DNA from: Archangium sp.
GTDB lineage: Bacteria; Myxococcota; Myxococcia; Myxococcales; Myxococcaceae
NCBI GenBank assembly: GCA_043773025.1
Contig: JAYVFP010000261.1
Span: 1-64,000, forward strand
DNA length: 64,000 bases
Direction: 5' to 3'
In this document: positions 56,335 to 64,000 of the stretch, one piece after another
Position numbering within the stretch: the stretch's first letter is position 1
Layout: the number at the start of each line of letters is the position of its first letter
Program-made: the position numbers and the translations under genes
Notes under the pieces: model-generated
Databases searched by the model: none
What the model saw: the letters and a program-made list of their open reading frames with translations, nothing else
What the model was told of the DNA's origin: nothing

Positions 56335-57351
56335 GTGCGTTGGCTCCTGATCCTGACGTTCTGCGCTGGTTGCCGCATCGAGACGGCGTCTCCGGGCGGT
56401 GCTGCCGTCACCGCGAAGACCGGCGCGCCTTCGGGCGAAGTCTGGGTCTACACCTCGGTGTACCGCCACGTGCTCGACGCGCTCGAGCCGCAGCTCAAAG
56501 AAGCGCTGCCGGGCGTGACGATTCATTGGTTTCAGGCGGGCAGTGAAAAGGTCGCCGCCAAGCTGGAGGCCGAGCTCGCCGCCGGTGGCACGCCGTGCGA
56601 CGTGCTGATCACCTCGGATCCGTTCCTCTACGAACGCTTCAAGTTGGAGAAGCGCTGGCTTCGGTACGTCTCAGCCAACGGCGTGCGCACGCCTTCGCGC
56701 TACGTGGATCCCGATGGGCACTACGCGGCGGTGCGGCTGTCGACGATGGTGTTGGTGCACAAGGCAGGCACGCCTGCTCCGGTATCGTTTGCGGCGTTGG
56801 CGAGCCCTGAATGGAAAGGCGAAGTCGCGCTGGGCGATCCGCTCACCAGCGGCACGGCGTTCACCTGGGCCGTCTCGATGGAGCAGGCCCTGGGCGCGAG
56901 GTATTTCGAGCAACTGCGTGCGAACGAAGCGCGGGTCGCGGGCGGCAACGCGGCGGTGCTGCAAAAGATCGAGGGTGGTGAAGCGAAGGTGGGCGTGCTG
57001 TTGCTGGAGAACGCGCTGGCCGCCAAAGCCAAAGGCAGCCCCATCGAGATCGCCTGGCCCTCGGATGGAGCGGTGGTGGTGCCGGGTTACGCAGCGATCA
57101 TGGCGAGCACCCAGCACGCAGAAGCCGCGAAGGCGCTCATCGACACACTGCTCTCCCCGGTGGGCCAGAAGATCATCGCTGAGCTGGGCGACATGCACGC
57201 CGTCGATCCGCGCGTGCCAGGCCCCCGTGGCTCCGTTTCTCTCGAGGAGCTCGTCACCAGAAGCGCACCCTGGGGCGAGCCGATCCTCAAACACGGCCTC
57301 GAAGACGGTGCGCGCGTGAAGGCCGAGTTCAGCAAGGCGTTCTCGAAATGA
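56335..57351 (+). CDS. Fe(3+)/metal ABC transporter periplasmic substrate-binding lipoprotein (FbpA/AfuA-like, SBP family 1)
   Basis: Lipobox LILTFCAGC. SBP fold of about 330 aa with VWVYTS...HWFQAGS blocks. Confidence 0.6.
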   Translation: MRWLLILTFCAGCRIETASPGGAAVTAKTGAPSGEVWVYTSVYRHVLDALEPQLKEALPGVTIHWFQAGSEKVAAKLEAELAAGGTPCDVLITSDPFLYERFKLEKRWLRYVSANGVRTPSRYVDPDGHYAAVRLSTMVLVHKAGTPAPVSFAALASPEWKGEVALGDPLTSGTAFTWAVSMEQALGARYFEQLRANEARVAGGNAAVLQKIEGGEAKVGVLLLENALAAKAKGSPIEIAWPSDGAVVVPGYAAIMASTQHAEAAKALIDTLLSPVGQKIIAELGDMHAVDPRVPGPRGSVSLEELVTRSAPWGEPILKHGLEDGARVKAEFSKAFSK

Positions 57352-59018
57352 CCGCGCCCCCTCTCCATGCGAAGCGGGGAGAGGGCCGGGGTGAGGGGCC
57401 CGCGCGCCTTCTCACCCTCGTATTGAGCATCGCCCTCGCGTTCTTCTTCGGCCTGCCGCTCTGTCTGCTTCTCTGGCAAACCAAAGCACCGGGGATCATC
57501 TGGTCAGAGGTCTGGCTGGCCCCCGAGAGTCTCCAGGCGCTGACTGGAACGCTAATCACCTCAATCGGAGCCGCCGCGTTCGCCTTCACGATCGCCGTCC
57601 CCTTGGCGCTGCTGATCGCCAGAACCGAGCTCCCGCTGCGAGGTCCGCTCAAAGCGATCTTCACCCTGCCCGCCGCACTCCCTCCTTTCATCCTCGGCAT
57701 GGGCTGGGTCTCGCTCGCCAACCCCAGAGCAGGTCTGCTGAACCTCTTCCTCGGAGCGGGCACCTTCGACATCTACGGCAAGCTGGGAATCAGCTTCGTG
57801 CTCGGCACCGCAGGCCTTCCGCTCGTCTTTCTGCCCACGCTCGCAGCGCTCTCGAGGCTCGACTCCTCACTCGAAGAAGCCGCGCGACTCGCAGGTGCGT
57901 CCCCGCTGCGAACGCTGCTGAGCATCTCGTTGCCGCTCGCACTCCCCGCGGCGCTCTCGGGAACGGCGCTGTGCTTCCTCTTCGCGGCCTCGGCCTTCGG
58001 CGTTCCGTACCTGCTCGGGGTCACTGCGAGCCCGCCGACGCCCACGCTGACCACCCGCATCTACGGTGAGATCCTCATGGGCCAGGGTGGCCTGCCCAGA
58101 GCCGTGGTGCTCAGCCTCGAGCTGCTCCTGCTCGCCGCCTTCGTGCTCATCGGCAGCCGCGCCCTGGCGAAACGCGGTGAGGTGCGCCTCTCGAGCGGCA
58201 AGGGCATCTCGCTGCGCCCCATGCCGCTGGGCCGCTGGCGAATTCCGCTCGCGTCAATGAGCGTCGTGCTCGCTGTCGTGCTCGTCGTGCTGCCCCTGCT
58301 CGCCGTCGCGCTCACCTCGGTGCAGCCCGTCTGGGGTCAGTTGAGCGGCCTGTCTGCGAAACACTGGAGCGGCGTGCTGGGAAATCCGCGCACCATCGAC
58401 GCGACCGTGCTCAGCCTTGGTCTGGCCGCCGCGGCAGCAGCTCTGGTCACCGCGCTGGGGCTGGGCATCGCCACCACGCGGCGCCGTTCTCTCGAGCTGC
58501 TCTCGGGTGCGCCCTATGCGATTCCCGGCACCGTGTTGGCGCTCGCGCTCTTGATCGCCTTCTCACGCGATCTCCGCTTCATTTTGTTCGACCGCGTCGC
58601 GCTGGTGCTCTCGCTGGGAAACTCAGTCTGGATGCTGCTGGTGGCGTACACGATCAAACACCTCGCCTTCGGTGCGAGGAACGCCGCTGACGGCCTGGCT
58701 CAGGTCGACGGCACGCTCGCCGAGGCCGCACGGCTCTCCGGTGCGAGCCCCTTGCGCGCCTTCTTCGACGCCACCCTTCCCCAGCTGCGCGCCCCGCTGA
58801 TGGCTGCGTTTCTGGTCACCTTCCTCACCTGCGTCACCGAGCTCACCTTGAGCGTGTTGCTCATTCCCACCGGCCGCGACGTGCTGGGCACCCTGCTGTT
58901 CGAGCTGCAGAGCTACGCAGATCCCGGCTCGGCGGCGGTGATCGCTTGCGCCTTCGTGATGCTGGTGCTCGTGCTCCAATTGGCAAAGGCCGTGGTCACC
59001 CGAAAGAAGGCGCACTGA
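57348..59018 (+). CDS. iron(III)-type ABC transporter permease, two fused permease domains (FbpB-like)
   Basis: 556 aa, about 12 TM helices, two EAA-like motifs (EEAARLAGASPLRTLLSISLP and AEAARLSGASPLRAFFDATLP). An alternative TTG start at 57423 would place the REP hairpin outside the CDS. Confidence 0.75.
   Translation: MTAPPLHAKRGEGRGEGPARLLTLVLSIALAFFFGLPLCLLLWQTKAPGIIWSEVWLAPESLQALTGTLITSIGAAAFAFTIAVPLALLIARTELPLRGPLKAIFTLPAALPPFILGMGWVSLANPRAGLLNLFLGAGTFDIYGKLGISFVLGTAGLPLVFLPTLAALSRLDSSLEEAARLAGASPLRTLLSISLPLALPAALSGTALCFLFAASAFGVPYLLGVTASPPTPTLTTRIYGEILMGQGGLPRAVVLSLELLLLAAFVLIGSRALAKRGEVRLSSGKGISLRPMPLGRWRIPLASMSVVLAVVLVVLPLLAVALTSVQPVWGQLSGLSAKHWSGVLGNPRTIDATVLSLGLAAAAAALVTALGLGIATTRRRSLELLSGAPYAIPGTVLALALLIAFSRDLRFILFDRVALVLSLGNSVWMLLVAYTIKHLAFGARNAADGLAQVDGTLAEAARLSGASPLRAFFDATLPQLRAPLMAAFLVTFLTCVTELTLSVLLIPTGRDVLGTLLFELQSYADPGSAAVIACAFVMLVLVLQLAKAVVTRKKAH
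57357..57390. repeat. REP-like hairpin CCCTCTCC-ATGCGAAGC-GGGGAGAGGG followed by CCGGGGTGAGGGGCC
   Basis: Reverse-complement arrangement of the 2908-2946 element. Lies either in the fbpA-fbpB spacer or in the 5' codons of fbpB. Confidence 0.6.
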
Positions 59019-59020
59019 CG

Positions 59021-60046
59021 ATGGCCGACGTTCAGCTCAACGCAGTGCACAAGGCCTACGGAGCCACCGCGGTGGTCAAGGGCATCTCGCTGCGAATCGA
59101 GAGCGGCGAGTTCATCTCGCTGCTCGGACCTTCCGGCTGCGGCAAGACCACCACCCTGCGCATGATCGCGGGCCTCGAGACGCTCGACGCCGGCACCATC
59201 TCGATCGGCGGAGAGTGGGTCGACAGCGACAAAGGCCATGTTCCCCCCGAGAAGCGAGCGCTGGGCATGGTGTTCCAGAGCTACGCCGTCTGGCCGCACA
59301 AGTCGGTAGCCGAGAACGTCGCCTATCCCCTGCTGCTCCAGCGCAAGCCCAGCTCAGAGATCGCGCAGCGCGTGACGCAGGCGCTCGACTGGGTGCGGCT
59401 GAGCGCCTTCGCGCAGCGCATGCCCTCCCAGCTCTCCGGCGGGCAGCTCCAGCGGGTGGCGATCGCACGCGCGCTGGTGGCCAGCCCCCGGGTGTTGCTG
59501 CTCGACGAGCCGCTCTCGAATCTCGACGCAGCCCTGCGTGAAGAGCTGCGTGGAGAGATCGCCGCACTGCGCGCTCGACTCGGCACCACGATGATCTTCG
59601 TCACGCACGATCAACACGAAGCACTCGCGCTGTCGGATCGGGTGGCCGTGATGCATCAGGGCGTCATCGAACAGATCGACTCCCCACAACGGATCTACCA
59701 GTCGCCTGCCACGCCCTTCGTCGCGGGCTTCGTGGGTGGCGCCAATCGCCTCGAAGGCCGCGTGGAAGGCCGGAGCTTCATCTGCGGAGCGCACACCTTC
59801 GAATTGCCTGACGGCGTCACCGCAGCCGACGGCCCCTCCACGCTGGCGGTCAGAGCCGAAGAGCTCGAGCTGGGCAGCACCGGCCCCTCCTTGCCCCTGC
59901 TGGCGAGCCTCTTCCTCGGCAGCGCCACCGAGTTCCGGTTCACGCTCGGCGAATCCGTGCTGCGGGTGGTCGGACCCGCGCGTGCGGTCAAGCCCGGTGA
60001 ATCGGTGCGGGTCGCGCTCAAACACGCCCGCCTCTACCCGCGCTGA
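59021..60046 (+). CDS. ABC transporter ATP-binding protein (FbpC/PotA-like)
   Basis: GPSGCGKTT, LSGGQLQRVAIARAL, LLLDEPLSNLD, and a C-terminal TOBE-like domain. Confidence 0.85.
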   Translation: MADVQLNAVHKAYGATAVVKGISLRIESGEFISLLGPSGCGKTTTLRMIAGLETLDAGTISIGGEWVDSDKGHVPPEKRALGMVFQSYAVWPHKSVAENVAYPLLLQRKPSSEIAQRVTQALDWVRLSAFAQRMPSQLSGGQLQRVAIARALVASPRVLLLDEPLSNLDAALREELRGEIAALRARLGTTMIFVTHDQHEALALSDRVAVMHQGVIEQIDSPQRIYQSPATPFVAGFVGGANRLEGRVEGRSFICGAHTFELPDGVTAADGPSTLAVRAEELELGSTGPSLPLLASLFLGSATEFRFTLGESVLRVVGPARAVKPGESVRVALKHARLYPR

Positions 60047-60141
60047 AGCGCTCTTCGAACTTCGCCGAGGTGAAGTACCAGCGACTTCACGACGCGCCCT
60101 CCAGTCTCGACTCGGAACGGGTGTGGGTTTAGACGGGCGCC

Positions 60142-61914
60142 ATGTCGGAACCTGTTCGCTACCGCGTCTCGATGTCTCGGCCGCACTCCCACCTGTTCGA
60201 AGTAGAGGCCACCTTTCCCGGCATCGCCGATGACCTCATCGTCTGCCTGCCGGTCTGGACTCCCGGCAGTTACCTGGTGCGCGAGTACAGCCGCCACGTG
60301 CAGGAGTTCACGGTGGTCGATGCCGCGGGTAACTCGGTGCCCTTCGAGCGCCTCGACAAACGCAGCTTTCGCATCTCAGCCAGGCACCAGTCGGTGCGCT
60401 GCCAGTACAAGGTCTACGCGAACGAGCTGACCGTGCGCACCAGCCACCTCGACGGCACGCACGGCTACTTCAACGGCGCGACACTATTTTTCTACGCAGA
60501 GAACCTGCGCGAGCGCGCCTGCCGGGTGACCATCGACGCGCCGAAGGGTTGGGGCACCACCGTCGCCCTGCCCCAGGAAGGCGTCGAGTTCGTGTCGGCC
60601 GACTACGACGAGCTGGTCGACTCGCCGTTCGAAATTGGCACCCACACGCCGATCGCCTTCACGGCTGCCGGCGTTCCTCACGAGATCGTCATGTGGGGTG
60701 AGCCTCAGCTCGACGAAAGAAAGCTGGTCGCCGATCTGAGCCGCATCATCGAGACCGAAGCGGCGTTGTTCGGCGGCCTGCCGATGAAGCGCTACGTCTT
60801 CTTCATCTACGGCACCGACAAGGGCCGCGGCGGCCTGGAGCACAAGGCCTGCACCGCGTTGATCTACCCCCGCACCGGCTTCAGCACGCCCAAGGGCTGG
60901 GAAGACTTCCTCACCCTGTGCGCCCACGAGTACTTCCACCTGTGGAACGTCAAGCGGGTCAAGCCGCTGCGCCTGGTGCCCTTCGACTACAGCCAGGAGA
61001 ACTACACCGAGCTGCTCTGGTACTTCGAGGGTGGCACCAGCTACTACGACAACCTGCTCACGCGCCGGGCGGGGCTGATGAGTGGCTCGCGGTACCTCAC
61101 GCGCCTGGGCGAATCGCTCACCGCGCTGCACACCACGCCGGGCCGCAACGTGCTCCCGCTGGCCGAAGCGTCGATCATCTCGTGGACCAAACACTACCGG
61201 CCCGACGAGAACACCCCGAACACCGCCATCAGCTACTACCTCAAGGGTGAGCTGGTCTGCGCGCTGCTCGATCTCACCATTCGCAGGGCGACCAACGATC
61301 AGCGCTCGCTCGACGACGTGGTCCGCCTGCTGTGGACTCGGTTTGGCAACGAGACCGGCGTACCCGAGAAGGCGGTGGAAGCGGCCGCACAGGAGATCGC
61401 CGGCACCTCGCTGCGTGACTTCTTCGCGCACTCCGTTCACGGCACGCAGGAGCTCAGCTACGAGGTCTTCGATCACGTGGGCCTCGAGGTGCGCTACCGC
61501 ACGAGGGAGTCGACCAACGACAAGGGCGGCACCCCGCCGCGCAGCAGCAAGGTCGAGAAGACCGAAGGGTGGATCGGCGTGCTGCCCCGCTCGGGCAACG
61601 TGATCGCCACGGTGCTCGAGGGTTCGCCCGCGATGGCGGCCGGCCTCTACCCGGAAGACGAGGTGCTCGCGCTCGACGGTCTCAAGTGCGACGCCAGCGC
61701 GTTGCTCAACCGGTGTGAGGACAAGAAGCCCGGCGAGATCGTGCGCATCACCCTGTTCCGGCGCGATCGCCTGACCGAGGTGCCCGTCACGGTGGCCTCG
61801 AAGCCGGCTGATGGCGTCTGGCTGCAGCGCGTCGAACGCCCCTCAGAAGCCCAGAAACAGGCCTTCCAGGCGTGGCTGGGAACCCCATGGATCGTGGGAG
61901 AACCGGCGCCTTGA
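60142..61914 (+). CDS. M61 family glycyl aminopeptidase with C-terminal PDZ domain
   Basis: HEYFHLWNVKR zinc-binding HExxH in M61 context. C-terminal PDZ-like GVLPRSGNVIATVLEGSPAMAAGLYPEDEVLALDG. Confidence 0.75.
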   Translation: MSEPVRYRVSMSRPHSHLFEVEATFPGIADDLIVCLPVWTPGSYLVREYSRHVQEFTVVDAAGNSVPFERLDKRSFRISARHQSVRCQYKVYANELTVRTSHLDGTHGYFNGATLFFYAENLRERACRVTIDAPKGWGTTVALPQEGVEFVSADYDELVDSPFEIGTHTPIAFTAAGVPHEIVMWGEPQLDERKLVADLSRIIETEAALFGGLPMKRYVFFIYGTDKGRGGLEHKACTALIYPRTGFSTPKGWEDFLTLCAHEYFHLWNVKRVKPLRLVPFDYSQENYTELLWYFEGGTSYYDNLLTRRAGLMSGSRYLTRLGESLTALHTTPGRNVLPLAEASIISWTKHYRPDENTPNTAISYYLKGELVCALLDLTIRRATNDQRSLDDVVRLLWTRFGNETGVPEKAVEAAAQEIAGTSLRDFFAHSVHGTQELSYEVFDHVGLEVRYRTRESTNDKGGTPPRSSKVEKTEGWIGVLPRSGNVIATVLEGSPAMAAGLYPEDEVLALDGLKCDASALLNRCEDKKPGEIVRITLFRRDRLTEVPVTVASKPADGVWLQRVERPSEAQKQAFQAWLGTPWIVGEPAP

Positions 61915-61946
61915 ACGAAGGGCCCTTGAAGGTGTAGGTCGCTGCC

Positions 61947-62327
61947 ATGCGCATCGTCTTCCCCCTGACCGCGGCTCTCCTTCTCGCTGGCTGCCTGAAC
62001 TACACGCCGTACCTGCCTGACGGCGGCCGCGCGCGGGTGAACTGCAGTGCCAGTGAACTCGGCGTGCCGGTGGCCGTGCTCGATCGCCTCGGCAACCCCG
62101 CTCCTGAGGCGGTCGTCTCGATCGACTACCTGAGCTACGGCGAGAGCGAGAACCTGATCGCCGACGTGAACGGCCGCACGGTGGTCAAAGAGAAGTACGG
62201 CCCGGGCACCGTGCGTGTGCAGGGCAACGTGAACGATCTCCGCACGCAGACCGCCGAGCTCTCCTTCCTCGGCACGGAGTGCAGCTCGTCCGTGACGCCC
62301 CGCGCGCTCACCCTCCAGCTTCAGTAA
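61947..62327 (+). CDS. small lipoprotein (hypothetical)
   Basis: Lipobox LLLAGCL. 126 aa. Confidence 0.45.
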   Translation: MRIVFPLTAALLLAGCLNYTPYLPDGGRARVNCSASELGVPVAVLDRLGNPAPEAVVSIDYLSYGESENLIADVNGRTVVKEKYGPGTVRVQGNVNDLRTQTAELSFLGTECSSSVTPRALTLQLQ

Positions 62328-62330
62328 GCG

Positions 62331-63149
62331 ATGGCCAGGCCGAAGCGACCACCGAGTCTGGGTGAGCTGCGGCAGCGCCACCTGATCGACGGCGCCGCGT
62401 TGCCCACCGGGTTGGTCGCTTCTCTGGAAGCAGACCCCCGTGAAGGCGCGCAACGTCTGGCCGAGGCCCTCAAGCGACGGCAAGCCGACAACCGCGCCGA
62501 AGGGCAGCGGCTGCGGCACATGCTCAAGTTCGAGACCGAGCTGTGGGAGCAGGGCCACGTGCACATCGCTGGCGTCGACGAAGCCGGCATGGGCCCCCTG
62601 TGTGGTCCGGTCTGCGCGGGCTCGGCGATTCTTCCCCGGGGCTACAAGCTCAAGGGCCTCGACGACTCGAAGAAGATCCTCGACGAAGAATTTCGTGAGG
62701 AGCTCGCGGCCACCATCAAGAAAGACGCGGTGTGCTGGTCGGTCGCCTGGGCGAAGGTGGAAGAGATCGACACCATCAACATCTACCAGGCGGGCCTTCT
62801 CGCGCTGCGCCGCGCGGTCGAGGGGCTGTCGCAGACGCCGGACTACGTGTTGGTCGACGCGCGGAAGATCCCCGGGTTGGTGCCGCCTCAACGAGGGATC
62901 ATCAAGGGCGACGCGTTGAGCCTGTCCATCGCGGCCGGGGCCATTCTCGCGAAGACCACCCGCGATCAGTTCATGGCCGAGCTCGACGCCAAACACCCAG
63001 GCTACGGCTTCGCTTCGCACAAGGGCTACTGCACGCCCGAACACCTCTCGGCGATGGAGCGGCTGGGCGCGATCGATCAACACCGGCGCAGCTTCGCCCC
63101 CGTGCGCAAGGTGCTCGGGCTCGACCCGGTTCAGGTGCAGCTCTTCTGA
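62331..63149 (+). CDS. rnhB: ribonuclease HII
   Basis: [16 protein letters not shown]...LDDSKKI..: canonical RNase HII DEDD motifs. N-terminal ~70-aa extension. Confidence 0.85.
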   Translation: MARPKRPPSLGELRQRHLIDGAALPTGLVASLEADPREGAQRLAEALKRRQADNRAEGQRLRHMLKFETELWEQGHVHIAGVDEAGMGPLCGPVCAGSAILPRGYKLKGLDDSKKILDEEFREELAATIKKDAVCWSVAWAKVEEIDTINIYQAGLLALRRAVEGLSQTPDYVLVDARKIPGLVPPQRGIIKGDALSLSIAAGAILAKTTRDQFMAELDAKHPGYGFASHKGYCTPEHLSAMERLGAIDQHRRSFAPVRKVLGLDPVQVQLF

Positions 63150-63191
63150 GCGTGCCCAGGCGGGGCATCGCGCAGCTGCTCGAAGGGTTGC

Positions 63192-63773
63192 TTACCCACC
63201 TGCAGCGATGAGCTGAGGCAACATCGCGCGGAAGGCGTGACCGCGGTGCGAGAGCGCCGACTTCTCGTCGCGGGTCAGCTCGCTCATCGTCTTACCGTCG
63301 GGCAGTTGAAAGATGGGGTCGTAGCCAAAGCCGTGCGTACCCTTGCGTTCGAAGCCGATGACGCCTTCGCAGGTGCCCTTCGTGAAACGTTCTTCGCCCG
63401 ACGGCAAAGCCAGGCACAGCACGCAGACGAAACGTGCGGTGCGCTCGTGTGCCGGTACGTCTTGGAGCTCAGCCAGCAGCTTCTCGATGCGCTCGGGCTC
63501 GGTGGGTGCGTAGCGGGCCGAGTAGACGCCGGGCCGGCCATCGAGCGCGTCGACCACCAGGCCTGAGTCGTCGGCCAGCGCCCACAAGCCGGTGGCCTTC
63601 GCGAAGGTGCGCGCCTTCTTGGCCGAGTTGCCCTCGAAGGTGTCGGCGTCTTCGTCGACCTCGGGGATCTCGGGGAAGTCTTTGGCGCTCTTCAAAAGCC
63701 AGCCTTCGCCCAGCAGCGCCTGGAGCTCTTTTATCTTTCCCGCGTTGCTCGAGGCGAAGACGACGGTGCGCAT
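63192..63773 (-). CDS. rdgB: dITP/XTP pyrophosphatase (RdgB/Ham1 family)
   Basis: VVFASSNAGKIKEL...DDSGL.VDAL.G.PGVYSAR...GFGYDPIF: Ham1 signature motifs. Confidence 0.85.
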   Translation of the reverse strand: MRTVVFASSNAGKIKELQALLGEGWLLKSAKDFPEIPEVDEDADTFEGNSAKKARTFAKATGLWALADDSGLVVDALDGRPGVYSARYAPTEPERIEKLLAELQDVPAHERTARFVCVLCLALPSGEERFTKGTCEGVIGFERKGTHGFGYDPIFQLPDGKTMSELTRDEKSALSHRGHAFRAMLPQLIAAGG

Positions 63774-64000
63774 CAGCCCAGGGCCTTCTTCTGGAGCTCG
63801 ACCAGCTTCTCCGTCGCCGCCAGGCCCGCGTCGAGCATCGCGTTGAGCTGCGCGCGGTCGAACGAGCCGTTCTCGGCGGTGCCCTGCACCTCGACCAGCT
63901 TGCCGCTGGCGAGCGCCACGATGTTCAGATCGACCTCGGCCGTGGAGTCTTCCGCGTAGTCGAGATCGACCGCGACCTCGCCCTTCACGATGCCCACTGA
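63773..64000 (-). CDS. rph: ribonuclease PH, C-terminal part (gene continues beyond window end)
   Basis: ...VDLNIVALASGKLVEVQGTAENGSFDRAQLNAMLDAGLAATEKLVELQKKALG matches the RNase PH C-terminus. Its stop overlaps the rdgB start, the classic rph-rdgB arrangement. Confidence 0.8.
   Translation of the reverse strand, partial: SVGIVKGEVAVDLDYAEDSTAEVDLNIVALASGKLVEVQGTAENGSFDRAQLNAMLDAGLAATEKLVELQKKALG

Noticed and set aside
60484-63083. Minus-strand ORFs of 330 and 478 aa
   Set aside because: They are antisense to the M61 peptidase and rnhB genes.

Overview
This is a high-GC (~70%) chromosomal segment, probably myxobacterial. That assignment is an inference from composition, the abundance of Cys-rich secreted lipoproteins, delta-60 and TSP3 repeat proteins, and an intrinsic APH. 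I count about 50 genes. Read 5' to 3', the window contains:
- secreted beta-propeller and Cys-rich proteins flanking an APH(3')-like aminoglycoside phosphotransferase;
- a tightly coupled minus-strand operon of NfeD/YqiJ-like, flotillin/SPFH (YqiK-like) and a 1,810-aa coiled-coil protein with a MoxR/AAA_5-like ATPase module. This is the most unusual unit in the window, and it is bracketed by two same-orientation copies of a dispersed ~50-100 bp repeat family that also occurs at two further loci;
- a DUF309-CPxCG protein, a Kce-like enzyme and rarA;
- a sigma54/c-di-GMP signalling cluster (NtrC-like RR, hybrid HK, REC-GGDEF), then a GT2 and YdjC-deacetylase pair and a TSP3-repeat/VWA secreted protein;
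- fadI-fadJ and cspA;
- a starch/maltodextrin utilisation locus: a frameshifted GH13 amylase with CBM20, an OM porin, an embedded PilZ gene, GlgX-type debrancher, MalK, a fused MalE-MalF gene, MalG, and a TIG lipoprotein with six ~110-aa repeats;
- a delta-60 lipoprotein divergent from an iron-regulated imelysin-HTTM pair;
- YqjE/YqjD-like membrane proteins;
- tRNA-Asp and tRNA-Val;
- a Fur-box-controlled iron-uptake locus (TonB-dependent receptor divergent from thioredoxin, MBL hydrolase and an FbpABC-type ABC transporter);
- an M61 peptidase, rnhB, rdgB and a partial rph.
I found no CRISPR array, IS element, integrase or prophage. Hand-derived coordinates may be off by 1-2 nt.
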